Shown piece by piece: positions 12,100 to 23,824 of a DNA stretch of 64,000 bases. Numbering within the stretch: the first letter of the stretch is position 1; each line of letters begins with the position of its first letter. The DNA is from Sarea resinae (taxonomy: Eukaryota). The notes beneath the pieces are model-generated. The model did no database searches. It saw only the letters and a list, made by a program, of their open reading frames with translations, and was not told where the DNA came from. The stretch covers positions 372,001 to 436,000 of the forward strand of contig JAPEUD010000008.1 of assembly GCA_026026165.1 (NCBI GenBank), in the 5' to 3' direction. Made by a program: the position numbers and the translations under genes.

Positions 12100-14079
12100 T
12101 TAGAGATCACCCTTCCCACCCATGACCTTGGCAGCCTGTACGGCATTCATCTTCTGCGTCCAGCCCGCGGTGGGTGCGAATTTACGGACGGTGCGGATCT
12201 CGTCGCTAGCATAGCCCGGCACGCGGATGTTGTAGTTGCGCTCGAGGATGAGCTGGATGTCGCGGATTTCGAGAGTCGACGATTGGCGCAGCTTGGCGAG
12301 ACGGCAGGCACCGGTTATGACTTGATCGATGAAGTCGTCGGCGACTTGAAGGATGGCCTGGTTGGCGCGTGAGTGGTTGTAGTTTGAGGATGGAGAGGAA
12401 GAAAGGCAACAATGAGGTGAGGGCAAGAATAAGAAGCATACCTCTTCGACATCAGGAGCAAGTCCATCAGTACCGAGACCCTCGCCACCGCCTGTGACCT
12501 GACGAACAAGTTCATCAAGTTTCTTCTTACTAAGAACGCGATCGCCTTCGCCCTCGAGCTGGAAGGTAGGGTGCTTAGGGATTGCAGGCTGACCCATCAT
12601 GCCAATAGAACCGCTGCTGGGACCACCGTTGATGGTAGGACGAGCAGGGCCCATGGCAACCGGAGTAGGTGAGGTGACGTTGAGGTTCTTGGGGATCGGC
12701 ATTTTCGTGTTGCTGTTGCTTTGCTCGCGGCCGCTGCCGACTTGTGGGTGCACGTGCGGGGTAGTAGCAGATTGCGGGGTGGTTTGAGCGAAGTTGCCGT
12801 TGGAATAAGTGCGGGCGGCTTGGGCCATCGCTGCTTGATGAGAAAGCGGACGAGGTGGGCCTTGCGGCAGTGCAGGCTGGGTGGCTTGAGGCAAGCTCTG
12901 AGGTGGTTGCTGAGGCTGATGCTGGGGGTGCTGAGGATTCGGCTGCTGAGGTACGCCAATGCTCAGGGGCGGGCGGACTTGTGAATTCTGGGGTGTCTGT
13001 GAATGAACTGGACTTTGAGCTGGAGCAGCTGACGCGATTGGCTGTGCTTGTTCTGCTTGCGGTGGTGCGGGGCTGGAAGGGGACATTGACGCGCGCACTG
13101 GCGCATTTGCTTGACTTCGCACATTCACAGCCGCATTCTGAGCAGTTGGCGCTTGAATCGGCGAAGCCTGTCTAATTTGATTCTGCGGTTGCTGAACCGG
13201 CGGTGCGGTCTGCTGAACCGGCTGGTTCCCTTGATTTGCGTTCTGAGTCATGGCTGCCTGTCCTCCTTGTTGCTGTGCACGCTGAGCCTTGATGTCAGCT
13301 TGCTGCTTTCTGAAGGTGGTGATGGTCTTGGTGGCGTCGGCGTGCTGCTTCGTCCAACGCACTCTGCTAGCGTCTATCTTTTGTTGTTCCTCTGCAGTTG
13401 GGGTCACTCCACTTGCGCTTCGTTGATTCACCATGAGAGTCATTTTCTTGAGACTCGTAGCTGCATTTTCCGCACTCTGCAGTGCCCGCCCATACGTGAG
13501 TTTAGCCTCCATGAGCCATCGTTCGCTCTCCGGCGTACCTTCCCTAAGTGTAGGAGGTAGTGCGAGGGGGAAATGATTGACATGCGCCTGTATATTTTGA
13601 GCCAACTGGCTGAATGGTGATGATGCATTTCCTGCTTGCGGCGGGTGACCCTGCTGGGCCTGAATTTGTTGAGGCGTCGCCGTCGCCGGCGCCGGTTGTC
13701 CCTGCTGGCTCTGTTGGTTTTGTTGAACCTGCTGGCTCTGCTGGCCTTGCTGGTTCTGTTGCGCTTGACCCATCGAGCTTTGTTGTGCCTGTCGCGTGGT
13801 CCATCTCTTCCAGCTGGCCCTGATGCTTTGAGATACCTCGACTAGTTTATTGTGGGCTGCCTGATATTCCGGATTGTCGGGCGTACGTGCTCCAAGTACA
13901 TCCCAAAGCTTCTGTACACCGTCCGCATACTGCTTCTTTTGCATCTCGTTCAGATGAGGCAGGTTCCGAACTTGCTCGACACGGATGAGCAGCTGCTGTG
14001 CTGGTTGCTGGGTCGGTTGCTGAGCATGCTGCTGAGCAGGGCCAGGCTGCTGATTCTGATTGCTATTCGAAGGATCCAT
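12100..14079 (-). CDS. TAF12: TFIID/SAGA subunit Taf12
   Basis: Q/P-rich N-terminus, histone fold [11 protein letters not shown]...ADDFIDQV...ACRLAKLR...[12 protein letters not shown]. Intron 12358-12441. Confidence 0.93.
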   Translation of the reverse strand: MDPSNSNQNQQPGPAQQHAQQPTQQPAQQLLIRVEQVRNLPHLNEMQKKQYADGVQKLWDVLGARTPDNPEYQAAHNKLVEVSQSIRASWKRWTTRQAQQSSMGQAQQNQQGQQSQQVQQNQQSQQGQPAPATATPQQIQAQQGHPPQAGNASSPFSQLAQNIQAHVNHFPLALPPTLREGTPESERWLMEAKLTYGRALQSAENAATSLKKMTLMVNQRSASGVTPTAEEQQKIDASRVRWTKQHADATKTITTFRKQQADIKAQRAQQQGGQAAMTQNANQGNQPVQQTAPPVQQPQNQIRQASPIQAPTAQNAAVNVRSQANAPVRASMSPSSPAPPQAEQAQPIASAAPAQSPVHSQTPQNSQVRPPLSIGVPQQPNPQHPQHQPQQPPQSLPQATQPALPQGPPRPLSHQAAMAQAARTYSNGNFAQTTPQSATTPHVHPQVGSGREQSNSNTKMPIPKNLNVTSPTPVAMGPARPTINGGPSSGSIGMMGQPAIPKHPTFQLEGEGDRVLSKKKLDELVRQVTGGGEGLGTDGLAPDVEEVCFLFLPSPHCCLSSSPSSNYNHSRANQAILQVADDFIDQVITGACRLAKLRQSSTLEIRDIQLILERNYNIRVPGYASDEIRTVRKFAPTAGWTQKMNAVQAAKVMGGKGDL

Positions 14080-14680
14080 GGCTGGCTTGTGGATTGCAGA
14101 CTCCGTCAGAGCTGCTTGGTGTGGAGGGGAGGGGGGAGGGGCTGGGCGTGCGAGCAACACCGAGGGGAAGCTATCGGATGGTAGCTGGTGTGATCTTTGG
14201 CAACGTAATCGCCGTCTGCAGTCTCCTCTCTAGATGACCGTACCTTGTCCGAGATGAAGAGCAATGGTGCAAGAGAGCATTAGAGGAAATGGCAGCGAGA
14301 TGAGTGTCTGAGTGGCTTGCCATTCAATCATTCATAGGCATGTCCTAGAGAGCTCGGTAGGTGGTGAGTTCAGAACCAGGCTTAGCATCATTGGCAGAAT
14401 TAGCCGAGCTCTTGGACTACAGGAGTATGAATGAACAGACTACTTCAGCAGTAACATCATGGACCACCATCGTACGGCGCAGTCAATATGGTCAATATCA
14501 TCAATCTGCTCTACTGATAGACACGTGAGGGAGAGGCATGACGAAGAGAATGATGCTATTGCCAGTGCTTTCCTGTGACTTTAGATATGGGGTTCAGCCC
14601 ACCCCTGAAACCCCACCATCGCCCTGACTCATTATTCCACGTGCAGGCAATGGCTATTCGTGAACAAAGCGGCGGACTAC

Positions 14681-16635
14681 CTATGGGAAAGCAGTCATGC
14701 TGCCTGTCTGTGATATGGCCCTGCCGATAGTCTCAACGCTAAAGCCAAAATCCTTCAATCTATCCGAGTCAATGATCCCACGTCCGTCGAAGATGAACAT
14801 CGGCTTCTTCATATGTTTTGCAACCCGTGCCCAGTCAAGCTGGCCTCTTCCTTTTTCGCGAGCGTCTGAACGTCGGGGCTGAGACGAGAGCCACGACGCA
14901 TTCTCCGGTTTTGGAAAACTTGCTTTTGGAAGACCGGGGTTGTAGGGAAGGCCTGGGGTAAGGACAAGCCATTGCTTCTCCTCCAGAGAGCCTTCACCGG
15001 TGGATAACAAATCTTCGCTGTCGATGGCCTTTTGGGGGACCAGCTCATCCAGCTCTGTAGCTATGACAACAGCATGAGCTCCTATGCAAGCTTCATACAT
15101 GTCTGTGCATATTGTGAGGGCATGCTGTAGCTGTTCAGCTCCGCAACCGTTCTGCCTGAGCTCGTTCCAGATCTGTTTCTCTTGCACGTAAGGGTCATAT
15201 ATGGATACCTGAACTCCTTCTAGGATGAGATCGGTCACCACTCCAATGGCTGGAGACTCTCTGGTGTCGGCAGTTCCTTTTTTGAAGGAAAAGCCGAACA
15301 CTGCAATCCTCTTTCCTGGCACTTCGTGAAGACGACTGAGGATCCTTTTACTAAACCGGGCTTTCTGGCCATCGTTGATCGTCACAATGGCCTTCCAGTA
15401 ATGGGCAATCTCCTCGAGGTGGAGGGATTCTGCCAGGTAAACTAGACTCAGTATATCCTTTCGAAAGCAACTAGACTCATTGTTAGCTAGGCCATGGCGG
15501 GAGCACAGAATGTGGAAGGTTACCTTCCACCGAATCCTAAACCTGCCTGCAGCATCTCTGGGCCAATCCGGCTATCTGATCCACACGCCACGGATACCTC
15601 GTCAATCGAGGCACCGGTGGCTTCACAGATAGCGCTGAGAGCATTGATGCTGCTGATACGCTGCGCTAAGAGAGCATTCGCCGCAAGTTTAGACAACTCA
15701 GACGAGAAGACGTTCATTGTGATGATCCGACCCCTTTCTACCCACCTTGCATAGACTTCTGCAAGCGATGCTGCAGCTCTGTAGCCTTCTGTCGTAAGGG
15801 AGGAACCGATCAGTATGCGGTCTGGACAAAGCAGATCAGAAACGGCATTTCCTTCGCTAAGAAACTCTGGATTGGACAGCACATCGAAGCGCACTCCAGG
15901 ACGAGAGTTCAACTTGAGCTGTGAAGTCAATGCCAATGCATTAGCCTCGTCAGGCGAAAGGAAGTCCCAAATCTTCAATCAACGTGGGACTTACAAGCAC
16001 TTCGATTAGCCTCGCGGTTCTGCACGGCGTCAGTCTAAGCATACAGCTCAATGAGATAGCATACCTGCACGGAACTGTTGACTTCTCGACTACGATCTTG
16101 TCGTCTAAAGCCGTCCTTGCTATGATTCGTGTTACCGTCTCAACATAGCTGAGGTCCACTGCGACACCCTTTCCAACCCCATCAGACTTGGTCGGAGTAT
16201 TGACGCAGATGAAGATCAGCTCAGCTGCGGAGATAGCACCCTCGATATCGGTGGAGAAGACTAACTTGGCACGATATTTTCTCACCCGTTGAGTACCTCC
16301 TGAGCTAGCAACTTCACTCACAGTTGCACCATCTCGCGCGCACGAGACAATATGGTGGAGTCCAGGCTCATAAATTGGTATGAATTGTGAGTTCCACGCT
16401 GCAATACGCTCACTATCGTTGTCGACAACGTCCACATGAATATCGGTCTTGTAGGCTATCATCGCTCCGACGGGAGCTAGGGATCATGTCAATTACTTTC
16501 GGCTCAGAAGAGAAGCATTTCGGACAATTAGCTACCTCCAACATTCCCAGCTCCTATGACACAGACGCGGTTGATGGCCCTATGCGGAGTACTCAATAAG
16601 TTGAGGGTCTTTCCTGGGAATCTTTCGTTGGCCAT
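14681..16635 (-). CDS. UDP-glucose 6-dehydrogenase, 5 exons
   Basis: [54 protein letters not shown], spliced GFGGSCFRKD (catalytic Cys), [18 protein letters not shown]. Confidence 0.92.
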
Positions 16636-17343
16636 GATGTTATGTCCGAGGGCGTCAATTTAGATTTTTTATTGTTTTGATAGACACCACTTTTGCGTCA
16701 GACTGCTAATACAGAGAAAGTAATGGGTTGAATTTTCATTTGAAGGGGTTTGAAAGGTCAGAGGGTTTGAGCCTGCATGATGTGAGGTGAATGGGCCGGG
16801 AGATTGAGTGTAAAGTGAGATTGAAAATAGCTGCAAACAATTCACTGACTGGGAATGGATTGAATTGGATTTATTGCTGGGTCCATCATCATTTGCGCAA
16901 CAGAACATGACATGAAAAGTCCGATTTGATCTTCATTGCTACCAGCATTCGCACCTCTCGAGGCCCATCAGGCTCGTAATGTCCGATCTTTGCGCGAAGT
17001 CTATCGCGTATGATGCTAGCCATTACTAGGAATTGAAGACAGGTTTTCCCAAGCCGGGTATCGTCTCATTGCGCTCGTTCTCTTCCGAACAGAGGTAGTA
17101 ACTCAGCAATGCCTAATCAGTCTGAAGCAGTGATAGGTGCGCCACCTTTGACTATAACTCATCAGCATGGGCTCTGACATATCTGAAACCCTTGTATCTA
17201 TTGCAGGCTTACTGTGCGCAGTTTGCTGCCCCCAGAGCTCGGAAGGGGAGCCCTAATGGCGGCATCTATAGCCAATATATCCCAATGCCCTTGACAGACG
17301 CAACATCATTTTCCATCCACGGACGAGATGAGCAATTCACGAA

Positions 17344-18241
17344 TCAGCGAAGAAGACCTCCCATATCTTTTTCCATACCGCTGACCCTTTCTTCCAGGCC
17401 TCGTTTCCTCTTCTCCAATTGTCGAATTTCCTCTTCTTCACTTCGTAGCTCCTCTTCTGTGAATTCGACATTCTCCACACCAACAGGGACATCTAATGCT
17501 TCGTCATCATCGAAATCGTCGTCGCCGTCATAAGCTTTCGGACGATTCATTCTTTCTAATTGCGCAGCCTGCTTGGCAACGCGAGCCTCGTATTCCGTGA
17601 GTGAAGAAGTCAGCTGCTGATATCGACCACGTAAAGATGATATCCTCTCGGCGGCGCCTGGTATGGGGCTATCTGCAGATTAGCTGAGGTCGGAGTGACT
17701 TGGCTGAAATACCACGTACTACACTCCGCATAGCTTTTCTGCACCGCGCAATAGAACTTCTACGTTCACTTCTCCGCGCTCTCTGCTTTCCATGCCTCCG
17801 TACCCTAGTCCAGACCCTATCCCTCCGCCGCCACCCTGCCGGATCTGTTCTACCAGCTCGCCACCAAGAACAGCCGCGACTGCAGTATTTCTCCGAGGTG
17901 CTCGCACAGCATTGATGCCTCCACCGCCGATGCTTTCCGTGCCGCCATTAGGATTGAAAATTGTATTCCTGCGCGCCGTACTGATGCTAGGATCCTGGGC
18001 TTTCGGCGGAGGGGGTGGTGGGGGCACCGAGAAAAGGGCGCGCTCATGTGCTTCGGTGTCGCGTATCAGGGCAGTAATGTCATGAGGATGGAGTAGGGCA
18101 TTGGTGAAGATCTTCGGTGGAGGAAATCTTCCACACTTTTCAGTAAGCTGCGGCTTCAAAGGCATATAACACTCACGGGAGCTCCGAGATAGCTGTCGCG
18201 CAGAGCGAGATCTGCTCCAAATGCGTGTCTAGCAAAGTCAT
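17344..18241 (-). CDS. SPC34: DASH/Dam1 complex subunit Spc34, 3 exons
   Basis: MTLLDTHLEQISLCATAISELP/FPPPKIFTNALLHPHDITALIRDTEAHERALF, EVLLRGAEKLC, C-terminal coiled coil. Confidence 0.88.
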
Positions 18242-19074
18242 TGTCTTTGCAAGCACCACAGAAGGTACTAAATGACTGATATTGCTTTCCCGAGGTCTTG
18301 TCGGAGTACAACTGGATGGCGCTCACCATCTCATTCGCAATGTTTACAGCGTGCCGGAGACTTAAAAGGCAGACGAGGCAGCGCGTTTGCTGCTCTCGCG
18401 CAATTGCATCAATTGCATGTCATCGTTACTTCGAAATGAGCTGTAACCAAGCAGCGTTTACCGGTACTACTTACCTTTCGGTAATCCGCACGTGCTGCAT
18501 TATTGTATTGAGCCATAAATATTGTCTGTAGAGAGGAGCCTGATTATCAATGACGAAAGTGAAAAAGAAAGTGGAATGGCCTTTGAGGCTCTGCTTCCTC
18601 AAATGCGTCTTGATATCCCGCAATGAATTCCTGGATTTCCCATTCCTGAGCCAATATTGACTTCAATCTCGTCCATACATCATCGACTGCGTGGTCTTGA
18701 TAGTCTCGGTCTGATGACACAGCGTGGTACTTGGATTTATCAACAAATCTGGGCGATCAACAAGTACCCGGACATGCGGCTTTGGTGCCTGGAGGCGAAC
18801 GCTGCTGTGTCCGACCTCCACGGATCTGCAAGCTCAGGACTGTGACCTCAACTCAACCCAACTGCAACTCATCATCATCATCATCGTATTCATCTCATCC
18901 TTCACCATCTACCATCTCATTCATCACTGTTGAGTCTACCTGAAGCTCTAGACTGTTAATCTCATCCTCCTCCAGCGTTCTTCGCGGGTCTTTGTCTTCA
19001 TCGAAGCTTCCCATTCGTCAGCGAGCTAACCTGCCGTTTACATAAGCTCTGGTGCCAGAGCTGAGCTCGACATC

Positions 19075-21151
19075 ATGGTGGATACTCGCCGATCCAAAAA
19101 CTCTTCTGACTCTTCTTCCTCCGCCAACGGCGACAAGGCCAAAGCGAACACTCGAAGTTCGGGTTCGCAAAGTAAGCCGACAGCCGCAAGAGCCCCATCG
19201 ACCAAGGGCAAAGCTGCAACTACCAAGAAAGGGACGACGAACGCAGCCGCTAAAGATATGGGCGACGAAACGCCTCATACGAATGGCACACCGCCCGTCG
19301 AGAATGGTGTCAATGGTACTGGAGATGTCGAAATGGGGGATAGCAGCCAAGCAAACGGAGACGCTACACAAGCTGAGAAAGAGAAGAACGGTGACGAGGA
19401 GAGGACCGTGGTAGTTCCTCCGTCAAAGGGTCCAAAGCTGTCTGCTCAAGCTGGCAAGGACGGAGAAGGAGATGAAGCTATGCAAGGTGTTGAAGCCACT
19501 GGTGCTGCGGAGCTTGAAGAGGAGAAGGTTGATCCAGTAGTCAAAGCCATTTCAGGTCAGTAACATCTCTCTCGCTAATACGGCCTCTGCCATTCGAAGT
19601 CTCCACGATAAGCTCGCGATACTGATATGCTGATTTCTTAGATATCAAAGGCAATTTCTCATTACTAGAGCGTGCTGTCGCGCAGTTCGACGCCCGATAC
19701 ACACTCAGAGTTCTACGGTCAATCTCTTCGGTCCGGAAACGCCTCACTCCCGACCTTCTTGCTCAGGTCATCACCGAGACGTATCAGCCAACGAATGATA
19801 CGGCAAAGACTCTTCTGGCAGCCATAGGCAAGGAAGGTGCTTCGTTTCAAAAGCCACAATCTACGTCTGAAATGGAAGTCGACACTGCGCCCGCACAATC
19901 CAAAGCTGCGACTACGCCTAAGGAGACGTCGCCCGAAGTTGACGTATACTTGTCAATTTTGGTGCAGATCTTTCTGTACGACTCTAAGGCGTACGATCTG
20001 GGAGCCAAATTCTCAAGCAATTTGGTTGATCGGATACGTACACTGAATCGACGAACGCTCGATTCTCTATCCGCACGCGTATACTTCTACTACTCATTGT
20101 TCTATGAGGAGTTGGCTCCGCGACCGCCTTCCCCTATGGCCGCGGTAATCTCAATCCGTCAGCAGCTGCTGTCCGCTCTAAGAACGGCTGTTCTTCGGAA
20201 AGACCAAGACACGCAAGCTACTGTTACCACCCTTCTTCTGCGAAACTATCTTTCTACGTCGCATATTTCTCAGGCCGACCTTCTAGTTTCGCAGACTCAA
20301 TTTCCCCCAGCCGCGTCCAATAATCAAATTGCGCGATACCTCTACTACCTAGGTCGTATCCGAGCAATTCAACTTTCTTACACTGAAGCGCACGATCATC
20401 TCGTCGGCGCAACCCGAAAGTCACCATCCAGTGCTACTGCGGCTGGGTTCTACCAAGCTTCCAACAAGCTGCTCATTATTGTCGAGCTTTTGATGGGCGA
20501 CATACCCGACCGTGCACTTTTCAGACAACCCAGCCTTGAACATGCTCTCCAGCCATACTTCCTGCTCGTTCAGGCAGTACGTGTTGGCGATCTAGAGGGG
20601 TTCCTGAATACGGTCCAGGCCCACAGCACAACATTCAAAAAGGACGGCACATACACTCTTATCCTTCGTCTCCGGCAAAATGTCATCAAAACTGGTGTTC
20701 GCATGATGTCGCTTTCTTACTCAAGGATCTCTCTACGGGACATCTGCCTGAGATTAGGGCTCGACAGCGAGGAGTCAGCAGAATACATTGTAGCTAAAGC
20801 AATTCGAGATGGAGTCATTGAGGCCACTCTGAACCACGAAAAGGGATTCATGAAGAGCAAGGAGGTCGGCGACATCTACGCTACGAGAGAGCCTGGCGAA
20901 GCATTTCATGAACGTATTCAGGCTTGTTTAAGCTTGCATGATGAGAGCGTCAAGGTTTGCATCATCCAGTACTCATTAGCGTATCGACCTACTAATTGAT
21001 TTCCTAGGCTATGAGGTTCCCCATGAACCAGCATCGGCTCGAGTTGAAGAATGCTCAAGAGGCAAGGGAGAGGGAGCGCGAGCTTGCGAAGGAGATACAA
21101 GAGGGAGACATTAATGACGATGATGCGGGCGGTGACTTCGAGGGAATGTAA
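19075..21151 (+). CDS. RPN3: 26S proteasome lid subunit Rpn3, 3 exons
   Basis: LNRRTLD, ARYLYYLGRIRAIQL, SYSRISLRDIC, AKAIRDGVIEA (PCI domain), last exon AMRFPMNQHRLELK. Confidence 0.96.
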
Positions 21152-21817
21152 TATCTATAATCTGTGGGAAGAAGCATCACGCGAAGACGGCGTCAGAAAG
21201 GCTCAGCGGATGGGCCGGTGGCCTGTACGCGAGGCTGCCGTTCAGCTGTGGTTGGGAGGTGTTGGCAAACTTTCGTCCTTGTGTTCTTATCCGACATTTC
21301 TCCTTCTTCTTCATCTTCTTCATCCTCCCGGATCCGCTATCCTCATATAGCAGTCCGTGAGGGTTGACGAACGTGACCGCGTTTTCGGTTGCATTGGTAG
21401 ATGGCACTCCATGGCCGCCCTCCGCGCGAGCTCTTCAGCATATCTCCTTGTGCTTTACAGTTGCTGATACTTAGATAATGTATCGCGTTCATCTATGTCG
21501 ACTCTTCGGAAGGGGGAGTGCGGATTTGGTTTGAATGCTTTATAGCCATCGTGATTGACTGTTCTGTGGAATCCATATCAAATGGCACTGCCAGCTGGCA
21601 ACTTAGGTGCCTAGGTTTGTCTATGTACATGAGGTGTAAGGTACTACCTTAGGTAGGTACAGGTAGATGCCGTGGTGACGTCGGGTCGGGTCGACATGGT
21701 CCGGATCAACATTTCCCCGCCAGACCGATAAGGCTCGGTGGATCCCGGACCCCTTCAAGCTCAGGGCAAGTAAACAGGCCAGCCATATCACAAACCAGCC
21801 ATGATTAAGTCAACACC

Positions 21818-23100
21818 ATGTAAGAGACCTTCTTTCTATCGGTCAATCTTCTCCATGACATACTGATGACCGTTCTTTCAACAGGATCGAAGTTCCCGTG
21901 CGTCTACGCCGCGCCATTCTCGTCAAGGACCTTCTCCTCATCAAGCGCATCACGACAAACAACCCCAAATACCTCCAGAACCCCGACTTCGCCGACAGAG
22001 GGAACACGTCTCTACATCTGGCGGCGAAACATGGTACCGTGGAGATTGTGGTACGTTGGTTGCTTCTGCCTACCCAACAGCCTTCTTTTCTATTTAGCCG
22101 CCCATCTATTCCCTCCCGCCCTCACTTCCTGGACCGTCTCAAGCGGACAGACGAGCGAGACAACGGAGTGCTGACATGAGTGTTTGTGTGATATAGACGT
22201 ATCTACTTGACACCGGCCACGAGGACGATGGCCTGTCGCGCAATGCCGACGGGGACACGCCGCTCATCTACGCTGCAGAGGCGCAGCCCGAGATCGTCGA
22301 GGTGCTAGTGCGCAGATTCCCCAGCATCGTCAACTGGCGCAACAAGCGGGGCATAGACGCCGTATGTGATCTTGCGTTGTCTATTTTTTTGCCGAATCTC
22401 TCTCTTCTCTCTCTCTCTCTCTCTCGCCCTCTAAATGCCCAGAGGCATCGTATCTGACGATGCCCGCCAAAAATAGCTCATGACCGCCTCCCTGAACGGC
22501 CAATCCACATCCATCTCGCACCTCCTTTCCGCGGGCGCCGTCCTCACGCAGACTGACAATGACGGCAACACGGCCCTGCACTTCGCCTCGGCGTACGGCC
22601 AGCTCAAGGTCCTCCGGCAGCTACTGGACGCGGGGGCCAACCCCGGGGCCAGGAATGCGTATAGTTGGACGCCGGTGAGCTACAGCTTGACCGTGGCAGC
22701 GGAGGTCTACTTCCGCGGTCTAATGGCCGAGGTGGAGAAGAGGCGGCTAGATGGGGAGAGGGAGAGGGAGAGAGCCAAGAGGGTTGGGGGCGTGAGGTTG
22801 GTGATTGAGGATGATGGTGCTGGTGCTGGTGCTAGTGCTGGTGGTGATGGTGTCGGTGTCGGTAATGGGGCCGGACCCCAATCGACTAAGGAGAGGGAGA
22901 GGGAAAGGGAAAGAGAAAGGGACACCAATGGAGGAGGTGGGGGAGGCGGTGACTGGAGTCCCGTCATCCCCAGGGGCGCGCCTGCTGCGATGAGGGAGAA
23001 GACGACGACACCGACGATGACGCCGGCGGCGGTGGTGAGGGCCGAGGGCCCGGGCTGGGGGCTGGCTGGGCTGAGGACGAGAGCAGGGAGTGGCGATTGA
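21818..23100 (+). CDS. AVO2: Ankyrin-repeat protein, TORC2 subunit Avo2-like, 4 exons
   Basis: MIEVPVRLRRAIL..., ankyrin motifs GNTSLHLAA, GDTPLIYAA, GNTALHFASAYG, NAYSWTPVSYS. First intron 21820-21884 splits the ATG. Ankyrin call is firm; Avo2 orthology is from recall. Confidence 0.72.
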
Positions 23101-23824
23101 GCAACAAAAGTGAGTCGACGAACCAACAAACGAATAGATGGGCTGGTGGGTAGGTAGGTAGGTAGGCAGATAGGTAGGGTTGAAGACCAAGGTCCTTGGG
23201 AGAATATGCTCGGAAGTGTTAAAATCGGCGCATTGGCATACATGTACAACGAGCGGATATGGCCATTTTCAACGGCATCAGCATTAGCATCACCATTATC
23301 ATTATCATCAGTGTTATCATTCACATCGTCCCAGATCGAGATCGATCTCGGAAAAAGGACAGAGAGAAACAGCCAATGGCTCATTCCCATGTTTCAATTT
23401 CAAGCTCATTCTCATTTTCATTTTCATTTTCATTTCCGTCCTTGTTACTTTTCTCGAGCCGGTGTCAAACATGCGTCTCTCTTCTTGAAGCGGCCCGCCA
23501 AGCCGAGCCAGCGACCAGATCCCCATGCTAGATCCGCTCCCCAAACTTTCCCGCCCTTTAACAACGACATGAGAGATCTAAGATAGAGCCAGAAGGCAGG
23601 GTAGGAAGAACACGGAGTTCCAGCGTAGAAAAGAAAATAGAAAAAAAAATGCTAATAATGGAGCCCACGGAACCGAGCACCATCACCCACCTCACCCCCG
23701 GTGCCGACGAGTCATATAGTACAAGAAACCCCCCTTCTACTTCTCCCGATTTTCGTTCCGCTTCTAGCATTTACTTCTTCCGTGTATGAAACAGCAGCCC
23801 ACAGAGCACGGCTAGGCCGACAGC

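Noticed and set aside
6269..16635. UGGT and UDP-glucose dehydrogenase as a functional cluster
   Set aside because: Different pathways and compartments, separated by TAF12, with no other glycan genes nearby.
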